Source of the DNA: the human T2T-CHM13v2.0 reference genome, Homo sapiens
Strand: one strand, 5' to 3'
Assembly: GCF_009914755.1 (NCBI RefSeq)
Contig: NC_060933.1
Length of the DNA stretch: 64,000 nucleotides
The notes beneath the pieces were generated by a model. The model ran no database searches. It saw only the letters and a program-made list of their open reading frames with translations, and had not been told where the DNA came from. The position numbers were made by a program, and so were the translations under genes. Of the stretch, positions 16,179 to 29,551 are shown piece by piece (the first letter of the stretch is position 1; each line of letters starts with the position of its first letter).

Positions 16179-18358
16179 AGGTCTCTGCTCCAAAGTCCCC
16201 TCCTCAGGGAGGCCAACCCTGAACCCCAGAGTAGATCTCCCAGCACCCTGGGCCTTCTTGTTGTCCTCATCACACTTGACATGGCATTTGAACAGCCTCC
16301 CACATTGGCATGAGAGTGAGCTCCATGAAACAGGGCACTGGTTCCTGCTCCGAGCCCAGCACAGTGCCTGACACACAGTAACCATGCTGAGGACAGGATG
16401 TTCAGGCTCCTGGGACACCTGGGAGGGAGGGAGAGAACACTTTTAAGTGAAGGTTGGAAAAAGCAGCCCACAGGACTGGCATCTGAGCTCATACCCAGGT
16501 GGGCAAGGCAGGAAGGGCATTCCTGACGAAGGGAGCAGCCTGGGCAAGGGGATGAGGGGGCCCCGTTGTGGTCCCCAGCAGGTGAGAGACCTGAGCCTTG
16601 GCTGGGTTCCACGACCTGCCCAAGCTGGCCCAGTTAGCAGCAGGGCCTGAGTTCAAATTCGGTCAGTCTGATTCCACAGGCTACATCTCCCACCCTGGCC
16701 CACCTGGCACCCTGGCCCACCGCCGGTGCCATCCTCTGGCTGCAGTCCATAGAATGACTCAGAGGAAAGTGCCTGAGCCCCCATGAAAAAAAAAAAAACG
16801 ATATTCCAGGCTGAACCCCAGACCACAGCTGCCGAGGAAGCTGAACAGAATTCAGGGAGGGGGAACCTCTGGCCAGTGGGCTGTGGTCCAGGCCTGGCAA
16901 AGGGATTGGGGCCCCTGGGTGAGGGCCTCCTCTCTGCTTCCCCATCACAACCCTTCCCTACCCTCCCCCAGCCTCAGTTCTTTCACCTGTTAAATAGGAC
17001 CAACCATGCCTACCTTGAGTAGTTTTTATCAAGGGAGGAAATGGAAATAAAACACAAAGTGTCCTGCAAATGTCAATTGCTGACACACACATTTTTATTA
17101 TAATGACTGTTAGGAATACTATTGGTTTCTGATTCCCGCTTCGCATTGTGCTTTGATTGTCAGAGGCATTTCGGATTGTGGGGGAGACCCCTCTTGGCGG
17201 CAGCACCCCTAGGCCAGGGGCTACCCTGAGACAGACTCTATCATCCCTACCCTGTCCTTTCTGTCCCAGCCAAGCGGCCCCTCCCCTTGCCCAGGTTTTG
17301 GGGTCTCCATCCTTCTTGGCCAGTCCTCCACCCAGTCAACTCAGGAACCTTTGCTGGCTGCCCGCCATGGGCAGGGTTTTCTGCTGGACGAGCCAGAATA
17401 CCAGGCCCTGTGGTCAGGGAGTTACTGGGAAAGACAGAGGACACCAGGAGAAGAGCCAGGGCCATGCTGGGGGAGGCACCGGGTGCCCAAACAGCACAGA
17501 GGCCCCAGTCCGGCCTGTCTCCTGGCCTGGTGTGGGTGGGAGCTGCCACTTGCCAGGGCCCTCCATCTCCCCTGTTCTGATCATCCGCAGCAGCTGTAAT
17601 TCGGGGCTCAGTCTGGAGTTCTGGGTTGTCCCAGCCTGCTCTCTCTGGATCTTGGGGCCTTCATCACCTCCCCATCCTTCCCCTCCTCCCATCCTGACAT
17701 GCAGGCTGCTCCTTTGGGGAACTCTCCAGGTGTTCTGCCTGAGGGAATCCCATTAGAACAGCCTTGGGGGAATTCAGTTCCCCTCAATAAACATTTACAA
17801 GCATAGTTAGAGTGCGTGTACTGAGAGTCAGCAAAAAGCAAACTTTGATCGTACCCACAGCTGCCCTGGGAGGGCAGAATTATTACTATCCCCAGTTAAC
17901 AAATGAGGCATTCAACGTTCCATTCAGTCATTCATCTGTCCCCATGTGCTGGAGATGCAGCAGTGACCATGCACTCAGGACCACCGCCCAGAGGGAGCCC
18001 AGGGACCCTGAGTGAGTCATTCCTAAAGAGCAGACGAGAGGAAAGGGAACCCTGGGAAGGTGGACTTTGGGGAGGGTCGGAGACCTGGAGGACAAGGGGA
18101 TGGTAGCCAGATAGAGGTGGGTCAGGATGGAGAAGCAGCACAAGCTAGCAATTTGCCCAACTCCAAGTGAGAGCCACAGCTGGAACTCACTAAGCTCCAG
18201 GCCCAGTGCTCTTCCCATAACGTCATGCTGCCATGCTGACCGCCTGTATGGCCATGCCCTGTCCTGGGCACAACATGCCATGAGTGTTACAGTGTGGACA
18301 TGGCTATGAGAGCCCAGGGAGGGAAGTTTCCCTGGAAAGAGTGGGAAAGGTCTAGGAG

Positions 18359-18906
18359 TGTTACAGGAAAGGGGCCCCAATCCAGACCCCAAGAGAGGGT
18401 TCTTGGCTCTCACGCAAGAAAGAATTCAGGGAGGGTTCGTAAAGTGAAAGCAAGTCTATTAGGAAAGTAAAGGAATAAAGAATGACTACTCCAGAGATAG
18501 AGCAGCCCCAAGGGCTGCTGGTTGCCCATTTTTATGGTTATTTCTTGATGATATGCTAAACAAGGGGTGGATTATTCATGCCTCCCTTTTTTAGGCCATA
18601 TTAGGTAACTTCCTGCCGTTGCCATGGCATTTGTAAACTGTCATGGCGCTGGTGGGAGTGTAGCAGTGAGGAGGACCAGAGGTCACTCTTGTTGCCATCT
18701 TGGTTTTGGTGGGTTTCAGCTGGCTTCTTTACTGCAAGCTCTTTTATCAGCAAGGTCTTTATGACCTGTATCTTGTGCCGACCTCCTATCTCATCCTGTA
18801 ACTTAGAATGCCTTAATCATCTGGGAATACAGCCCAATAGGTCTCAGCCTCATTTCACGTAGCCCCTACTCAAGATGGAGTTGCTCTGGTTCAAACACCT
18901 CTGACA
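18359..18906 (-). mobile_element. ERV1 solo LTR, MER41 (MER41A type)
   Basis: TG...CA termini with 4-bp TSD GGAG (18355-58 / 18907-10). Reverse complement begins TGTCAGAGGTGTTTGAACCAGAGCAACTCCATCTTG as in MER41. 548 bp, lacking the MER41B GAS block. Confidence 0.85.
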
Positions 18907-19566
18907 GGAGGGCTTCACAGAGGAGGTGACATGGAAGCCGGTCTTTGCAAGATGGGTAGGAGTTTGCCAGATAGAGGAGGGCTGTCCATGCTGAAGGAGT
19001 AGGGTATCCAAAAGCTCAGAGATGAGAATGTGATTTGCATTCTGGAGACCTCACTATGGGGAGATGAGTGAAGGAAGGGGGCCTAAGAAGTCAACTCTCA
19101 ACCCCTGTGGCTCCATCAGGATGTGAAGGAATCAGGCAGAGGAAGGAAGAACTGGAATTGAGGAGAGCTAGGAGCCAGGCTCTGCCGCATGGGGAGGGGA
19201 CCAGCTGCCAGTAATTGAGGCTCGTTGTTGGCTCCTCCATTCATTCCTGTCTCTCTCAGAAGCTGATTAGCAATTGTTCCTCCAGCTTCTTAAGAGGCCA
19301 GGGGATTGCAGGGAGGGAGGGGGCGCCTGGAGAAGCTGCCAGGCTTCCGTGGAAGGATCCAGGCACAATTTGGAAGGCACAGGAGGCCCCTCGACCTCAG
19401 ACACCTACTCCTAACCCCTCCATGTTCCCCCCCTTTCCAACTAAACCTGGGAAATGGGAGAGGAGAAAAACACCTAAAAATACTGAGACAAACCAAAGCA
19501 TTCTGAGGCAGAGGCATTTAAATCCATGGGGCAGTGGAGCAATAGAAAAAAAAAATCCTTGGATCA

Positions 19567-19904
<338 letters not shown>

Positions 19905-22247
19905 TCAGGATGAACTTGCTGTGTGGCCTCAGGTGAGCAGCCTAACCTCTCTGAGTCTCAAGTTCCTGACCAAGGTTATTTGGAAGGCTTAAGGAGACAA
20001 AGTTGGCATAGAGGTTAACAAACAGTAGGTGCTCAATAAATTTGCAGTTGAAAAGACAGGGCATTCAATGGATATCTCCATTTTCAAATCTCAGTGGGGC
20101 TGTCCTGGACAGAGAGGGTCCTGATGGGGAAGAGGTACCTAAGGAGGCACAGGCTAGCTCAGCACAACACAGAGAGGAGACAGCAGTCCCCGTCACCACC
20201 CACCAACATACTCCCGATGCAGAGGTCCCGGCAGGGTTAGCATCCTTGGCTGGAGGAGTGGCCAAACAGCAGCCCAGTCTCTGCCTCTCTCAGCAGAGTC
20301 TCCATCTGCATCCTTGTCTGCATCTCTGTCTGTGTATCTCTGTCTGTGTGCCTCTCCCTCTCTCTACGTCTCTTTCTGTCTTTGTGTCTTTCTGTCTCGG
20401 TGTGCTCTAGAATGTTTTGAGCAACTTGTCTTTCTCACTGTGTTGCCCAGTGTGTCTGTGTCTGTCTCTGTCTTTGTTTCCGCCTCAGATTCTGTTTCTC
20501 TCTTATTCTTTCTCTTCTCATTATTGTCACCTTCTGTTCAGCCAAAAAAGCAGAGACTGCCTGAGTCTAGTGATTGGAAAACCACCATTTTCTCCAAAAT
20601 GTTCCAAACCCCTACCCCAGTCCTGGCCATGGTTCCTGGCCTCTGAAGTTTGGGGGAGGATGGACCCCTCGCCCCCTCTGCTGCAGAGGCCAGGTCTTGG
20701 TGAGAGCAGAGAGCACTCCATTCTGGATATGACCATTTTCTGCACAGCCACCATGTGCCTGATAGAGAAGCACTCTAGGCTCCTATCCTCCCCTGCTGCG
20801 GCCTTGAGTCGTACATCCTATGAACTCAGCTCCCCTCTTCCTGCCCTTGCCCTGGGTCAGGGTTCATCCTCCCAGCCCGATGTGCGGTGCCAGCCTCCTC
20901 GCTGCCCTGCTGGCCTGGGGCTGGTGCCTCCCACCCATCCTAGCCTGCTCCATCACAGGATGAGCTTCTGACCTGCTTATTCCTGCTCAAGAACCTCCTG
21001 TGGCTCCCACCTCCTTTAAAATAAGCCCACACTTGCTCACTGGAGCCTTCTTCAGCACCTGCCTCTCCAGCTGCCCACCTTCTGTGCAGCCATAATAGAC
21101 TTCTGCTGCCCCAAACATGCTCCGCCCTCTCCTGGCTCTTGTCTCAGCATTTGCCGTTCCTTCCAGTTGGTGTTTCTGCTCCACTGCCACTTCTTGCCCC
21201 TCAAGCCAGCTCCAGTGGCCTCTCCTCAGGAAAACGTGAGTTGTTCTCAGCTCTGTGCTCCCCAAACCCTGGCTGTCCCCTTGCATAACCCCAGTCCCTC
21301 AGGCTTGCTTCCTGGTCTGTCTCCATCAGACTGTGAGCTCCCTGTTCCTGGGGCTGCACAGAGGAGGCACTCAGCGCTTGGACAGATAAGCCCACCGAAC
21401 CCTGCGGGGTCTGTCTGCAGCCCTCCCACCAGCCAGCCCAGGACAGAAGCACCATGCCAGGCCAATTTTCCTCTGCCAGCTCTCTGGGGCTTGTGGCCCA
21501 GGCTGCTTACGGGAGGAAGGCATCTTCTCCCTGCCAGCTGTCCAACCAGTGACCCCAGGGCTACCATTTAGCCAGCAGCCCCTTCAGAGCCACTCACGCC
21601 CCACACAGAGGCCCTGAGTCAATGGGCCTGCGGGAAAAGCATCACTCTTGCTGTGCAAAGCTCTCTCCACATGACTGGGTTTGAGATACATGGTAGAGGG
21701 GGTGGGGTTTGCCAACAATGGGGTAGGTTACCTCATGCATTCCATGAATCTCTGCTTCCTGGTACCTGCTGGTCACTGTAGAAAGGGAAGGGGCTTTAGG
21801 GGAAGGTCTGGGGCAGGGTTCCAAAGCTGGGTTTCAATCTTGGCTGACCTTGGGTTGTGTGACCTTCTTTTGGAGCTCTGTTTCTCCATTGTCCCATGAG
21901 AACCGGATGGTCTCTCTGATGCTTGCAGCTCTGACATGCTGGGCTGTGAGACCTGGACTCCCCACAGTCTGCCCTCTGGTAACATCAATCCTAAATACCC
22001 ACCTCCTGCCTCACCGAAGCCCCTGTGTGCAGAAGCGATGCGTGTGAGTGAGGACTTACGCTGAGGATTTGTGACTACCCCAGTCCTGGCCTTCCAGAAG
22101 CTGGCACTCAGCCCCAGACAGACAGTGCTGGCCTTGCCCAGGACTCACCCTGGAGGGAGATGACAAGGGCGGTAGAGTGCAAGGTTGGAGCCCCTAGCTT
22201 GGGTTCAAACCCTGATTATGTCACTTTTTGGTTGCGTTACCTTAGAT

Positions 22248-22433
22248 CAGGGCTTCTCAACGTCAACACCAGGACATTCTGGGTTAGAAACATCTGTGCT
22301 GCAGGGGTGTCCCGTGCACGGGAGGGTATTCAGCAGCATCCCTGCAGCACCCCTGAGATGTGACAACCACAATGTCTCCAGACATTGACAAATGGCCCCC
22401 CAGGAGTACAATCACCCTTGTTGAGAACCACTG
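22248..22433. mobile_element. MER20 hAT-Charlie element
   Basis: cagggcttctcaac...aatgtctccagacattg...gttgagaaccactg termini. Confidence 0.75.
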
Positions 22434-22698
22434 CCTTGGACAAGTCGCTTATTTTTCTTTGACCTCAGTTTCTCCATCAGTAAAATGGGAATTAATTGTG
22501 ATAAGGACAAAAGCTAACTTGCAGTGTTTACTGAATGTGAGAAATTGTTCTAAGTGCTACACATGTTTTAAGTTTAAATTCATTGTATCATTGCTGCTGC
22601 CCTAAAGGTGGGTATTATTCTCCCCATATTCTGGGGAAGGAAATAAAGACACTCAGAAGCTGAGTAATTCTCCAAGGTCTGACAGCTAAGAAGGCTGC

Positions 22699-23067
22699 TG
22701 TATTAGTCCGTTCTCACGCTGCTATAAAGGACTGCCCGAGACCGGGTAATTTATAAAGGAAAGAGGTTTAATTGACTCACAGTTCAGCATGGCTGGGGAG
22801 GCCTCAGGAAACTTACAACGATGATGGAAGGGGAAGCAAACACATCCTTCTTCACATGATGGCAGGAAGGAGAAGTGCTGAGCACAAGGTGGGAAAGTCC
22901 CTCCCATCAGATCTCGTGAGAACTCACTCACTATCATGAGAACAGCATGAGGGTAACCACCCCCGTGATTAAATTACCTCCCACCGGGCCCCTCCCACAA
23001 CATGTGGGGATTATGGGAACTACAATTCAAGATGAGATTTGGGTGGGGACACACCCAAACCATATCA
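22699..23067 (-). mobile_element. MaLR solo LTR (THE1/MST family)
   Basis: tgtattagtcc...aaaccatatca, ~369 bp, TSD gctgc/gccgc. Confidence 0.8.
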
Positions 23068-23300
23068 GCCGCCTAGCTCAAACCTTAGGCCCATAACCTT
23101 AATGGCTGGCCTCCAGGGCTTAAAAAGTTCAGGACTGAATGAGGCAATGCATGTAATGTGCACTGTATCTGGAATTATCTCAGTGCTCAATAAATGGTAT
23201 TATTAGTCTCAACAAACCTCTGCAACCCAAATGTTGGCCCTTTATGCAGATACAACAGGTTGTATCTCCCGTTGTTTCTGGGTCAGCTAATGGTTATGGC

Positions 23301-23443
<143 letters not shown>

Positions 23444-24162
23444 CTATTGAATGACTAGTCTGTGCCAGTTATCACATTTAATCCCATGAGAAATTTCCCC
23501 GCCCAGGTTGCAGAGGAGAAAAGAATGACTGAGGGAGGGGAAGGGACTGGCCCAGAGTCACACTGCCAGGCACAAGGCCAGCACCAGGCCATGGGGCTGT
23601 CTGCTATAGCACGACCCTCAGCGGGACCTGGGTGCCCAATGTCAGGCTCTCTCTGCCTCTGCAAGAAATGTCAGGGAGAAGATGACCAAGTGGTATTGGA
23701 CAGAATGGCAGTGATGCTGAGGAAGAAACCAAAGGTGAGGGCCCTCTCCCTTTGTATTAAACGAAACTTTCCAGGCTTAGGCCCTGCAGCCTGTACGGTG
23801 TCAAAAAACAATTGTCATAAGTTGTCGACACTTGGAAACATTTAAACTTATGAGGTTTCACATTAAAATCTGTATTACTGCCTTCCTTTACAAATCTGGA
23901 AGAAGGAATGCATCTGTATAGGTGGGTAAGAGCAGGGGCTCTGGAGTCAGACTACCTGGGTTCCAATCCTAACTCTGCCACTAGCTTGCTGTGTGTCCTT
24001 GGCTGAGTTACTTAACCTCTCTGTGCTCTGCTTCCTTCGTCTGCATAACGGGGATAATAACAGCACTTTCACCAAGATTGTCATGGAGATTAAATAAGAA
24101 AGTGCCTATACAGCACTTCTTTAGAACAGCACCAGGCACAAAAGAAGCATGCAAAATGTTAG

Positions 24163-24432
<270 letters not shown>

Positions 24433-24835
24433 TGAAGTGTGACCTCTTCCATTGTCCACAGCCCACAACCCCAGGGACCAAGGCTGAGGTCCTAAAAAAG
24501 CCAACACTGTGTAGGGGCCTGACTCCTGGCTGCTATGTGACTTTGGACAGTCACTCCCTCTGTCTGGGCCAGTGTCCTCACTTATAAACCAGAGGCACAG
24601 GGCCCTGAAAACATTATGCTAAGTGAAAGAAGCCAGACACGGAAGGCCACATAATGTCTAATTCCATTCCTACCAAATGCCCAGAATACGAAAATCCATG
24701 GAGACGAACAGTGAATTAGTGGTTGCAGAGGCTGACGGAATGGGGAGTGACATCTCATGGCCACAGGGTTTCTTGTGGGGTCACAAAAATGTTCTGGAGC
24801 GCCATAGTGGAACCGGTTGCACAACCTTATGAACA

Positions 24836-25368
<533 letters not shown>

Positions 25369-25549
25369 TATCTGGATGGTTTCCCTGCAGGTAACAGCTG
25401 GCTCTGATGTCCTAAGGAGACCCCAGCGCCATGACAAACCCAGGGATCTCTGATTGCTCCCAGCCTGAGTCGCTTCATATCCTACATGGGAGGCTGAATC
25501 CACAATCCCTCCTGCAGACGTACCCTCTCCTCTCCCTTGTCCCTGCAGA

Positions 25550-25635
25550 GGCCAGGGCTGCAGGGGATGAGGCTCGCCCCTAGTACTGCATGACCCTGTC
25601 TACAGGTTTGGAGGCTCCTCAGCTCAGCCTCGGCC
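25550..25635 (-). ncRNA. MIR4478: microRNA precursor hsa-mir-4478 (mature GAGGCUGAGCUGAGGAG at 25615-25631)
   Basis: Reverse complement GGCCGAGGCUGAGCUGAGGAG...CUCAUCCCCUGCAGCCCUGGCC is an 86-nt self-complementary hairpin matching the recalled miRBase entry. Its position fits the TTLL11-NDUFA8 interval. Confidence 0.85.
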
Positions 25636-28610
25636 CCTGGGCTCTTGTCTTGCTAAGCCCAGAGACCCAGCTCCCACTGGGCTTGGTGGCTGCTTGAAGT
25701 GGATCATGCCTTGCACCTCCCCCTCCTCTCCAGAATCTTCTATGTGTGCCGAGACTCCCAGAACAGGAGACATTTGGCTACATCACCCAAGATGGTGCCC
25801 ACTTTCCATTGCCATGGGTCTAAGAAAAGGTGAAGTTCCCTCCCCCAGCCCTTCCCTGCCTGCTGAGGGATAGGACATGTGTCCCCATTTGCAGTGGATG
25901 CAGGGAGGGCTGGAGAAATGCTCTGTGCTCTGAGTAAGGCATGTTCCCCTGTAAGTGTGCCCATGACAGCTTGTGTATGCATATGTGCATGTATGGATAT
26001 GCATGTTTGTTGGCAGGGATCTGTGCACATTTGTAGGTCTGCCTTTCTACCCGTCTTGTGTTCTGGACTGTGCACATATCTGCCTTGACAGACTTATCAA
26101 TGTTCACACACTGGCTACACCTGTACCTTGTCTATATGTGTGGCTGCGTGCGTGAGTCTGCTGGAGCTCAGCACTTGTGTGGCTGAGCTGTTTACACCTG
26201 TCTGAATATGAGGGGTGTGTTCATGTGTCCCCTGAACGCACACTAGTGCATGTGTCCCTTCTGTGTGTGTCAAGGCAGGCCGCACGGCCATGAGGACCAT
26301 AGCCCAGGCCTTGGAAGTTTTCCACGAGCTTAGACTCCAGCACCCACTGCACATGGCAAATGGCACCAGTGACCTGCCGTGGAAGGCACAGATGCCAGAG
26401 GGCACCACTACTCCAGCAGGAGCAACACCAACAAGGCCAGCACCAGCCCCACCCATGGCCTCCAGAGATCCTGGAGCCTGGAGGGCCCAGACGAGCTGGC
26501 AGCTCCAGGCTCCAGGCTCCTCAAGGTCCCACAGACAGGCCAAAATCCAGACAGCGGGAAGGGACAGCACAAGCCGGAGCCTGGGGACCAGAGGCAGTTT
26601 GGGGGTGCTCCATGGGGCCACACCCCAAGCCTGCTCTACATATTCTTCTAGGGCTCCAGAAGTGGGGAAAACCACAGGTGGGGAAGGCTGCCCCACAGGT
26701 GTACAGGTACAGGTGTGAGGCTGACATAGGTGGGTGAAGGATCAGAATCAAGAAGAGGAGATACTTCCTGCCTGATGAGTCTCTAGCTGTCCCCTCCAGG
26801 GCGCAAAGCCCCAGCACCTCCTTCTCTCCTGTCTTTGGGGCACCCAGCCATGGCCCCAGCCCCTTGGGCTCCAGCAGCAGCAGCAGATACAGGAGGCTGA
26901 GGCTCAAGTGAGAGTGGCTAGAGGGCAAGTGAGCTGAGCAGGTGGAGGCCAGACCACCCTTTCCCATCCCAGCTGGCCCGGGCCACAGGTGCCACTCGAT
27001 GAGGCCTCAGCTAAGCACCGAGACAGTTGCCCTCAGACAGCCCACGCCAGCCAGCTCCCTGCACCAACCGGAAGCTCCTGCGGCACCTGGCACCACCCGA
27101 GGCCCGCCTGGGAAAGAGAGGGCCTGAGAGCCAACTCAGCCTGGCACCCGGGAGGCGATGGTCTGGTGAGACTTGGGAAGCTGAAGGTCCTGCCCCAGGT
27201 GGAACTCAGAAAGATAAAGAAATGGCAGCTCAGAGATAGGAGGGGACTTGCATAGGCTGCCTGTCCAGGCAGCGGCCAAGCTCTTGTGACTGTAGAGTCC
27301 TTTATTACCCTTTCCCACTCCCAAGCCAAAATGCTGGTACCAGGACCCAACTGAGTCAGATCCATCTTCAGTTTCCCCTAGACACCCACCCAGTGGGCTC
27401 CAAGAGGCCAAATCCCGGGGACTGGACCCCTAGGACAAGTCGGTGACCCAGGGTTGCCTGCCCTTCTTTGCCCCAATACCAGGACTGCCCTGGGCCTATA
27501 ACATGCTTTCCTGAATTCTGGATAGGTCTCCCTACCATAGCTCAGAGAGGGTTGCCCACTTGCCCAAGATCACACAGCCGGGGAGCTGGCACCGGACAAC
27601 TGGCCCGTGGGTGTTCTCCTGTGTCACTGTCCTCGGCTGCCCTGGGCTGGCCCAGCTTCTGAGGGGAAGGGGCCCTCCACAGAGGTACTGTCTCCCCAGG
27701 CCACCTCTTGCTCCTGCCCTGGCTTCAGCTTCCCTGCCACCCACCAGCAGTGATCAACTAAAGCCACACTTTGTCAGACATGGAATGAGGCTCCAACCCT
27801 GACTCCTTGTCCCCAGCTGAGGCCACCAGCAGCCACCAGCACACCAGCCCCTCTGAAGATCTGATGGCGGCCCAGAGCCAGGAATCAACTGTCGTGACCC
27901 TCACATTGCCCCTCCCACCAACTGGCACCAAAGGACTGCAGACCCACAGGGCAGCACTGGGAGGCATCCCAGGATAGGGTGGGGCTGCCTCAGAGACCTG
28001 AGGACCAGCAGTGCTGAGGAGACTCTCATGCTCTTTCCCTCCTTGTCTCGATGAGCCCTGAGGCCCAAAGAGGGCACAGGTGCTGACATGTCCCAGAGAG
28101 GGCAAACAGTGGCAGGACAAGGAGCCTGCACAAAGAGCCAGAGCTCTGCCCTGGGGGCAGACAGAAGAGGCAGAGGCAGCCCCACCCCCACCCCAGTACT
28201 CCCCGTAAGAGGAAGCAGAGGCCACCTTCACAGACGGTCGCTGCAGGCAGGTTTAACCCAAGCTCATGGGATGGTCTGTCCTCACTCAGCTAACCTTGCA
28301 CACACCTGTAGGCCTCCTCGGGCTAGCATTCTGTGTTCTCACCACATGCTATACCTGTGCCATTGACCTTACTCACTTAACACACTTATTGTGGTCAGAT
28401 GGGGGGTGTCACATTGAACTGGGAAGGCGGTAAGGGGATGCAAAATGAAGGGGATCCCAACAGGGTCCAAGAGAATATGATGTCCAACTGCCCCATTTTG
28501 CGGAGAAAGAAACTGAGGCCCAGAGAGCCCAAGGACGCATCACAGATGAAAACAGCATCTGGAAGCCGACTCCTTACAGAAGCCTGAGCCCACGCAGGAC
28601 CTGCTTTTAT

Positions 28611-28666
28611 GCTGCCCCCTTGTGGTCAGAGGAGGGACTGCCACCCAGAGGCGCCCCCTGCCTTGA
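28611..28666 (-). promoter_or_regulatory. Tandem CTCF motifs (reverse)
   Basis: Reverse complement TGACCACAAGGGGGCAGC (28611-28628) plus a weaker AAGGCAGGGGGCGCC (~28650-28664). Confidence 0.6.
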
Positions 28667-28987
28667 GTCCACTGAAATATTTGGTCTCCTTTTCTCCTTC
28701 TGAGGTCAGCTCGCCTCAACCCTACCCCAGGGTCTTACTCCCTCCTTGTTTGTAGGTCCGGAGGATCCTCAAGGGCAAAGGGCAACCGAGTGTCCCCACC
28801 AAAGGCTGGCCCCCTTGAGCAGAGATACGTGGAGAGGTGACCAGCTTTGCTTTACTGAGCCTGCCTGGCAGCCCCACAGCCATATCCGGGCCCCCTCTTC
28901 AGTCCTCATCTCCGTGCCTCCTCTTGTTTTCTACATGACTAATCATGTCCTCTTTCTTGGAACCCCCTCCTTCCTTGGCCCCAGTGA

Positions 28988-29551
<564 letters not shown>

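Noticed and set aside
20275-20520. CT/GT-rich stretch yielding hydrophobic ORFs
   Set aside because: Low-complexity degenerate microsatellite.
21051-21071. TTCAGCACC, the left half of a REST/RE1 site
   Set aside because: The right half (GGACAG) is absent.
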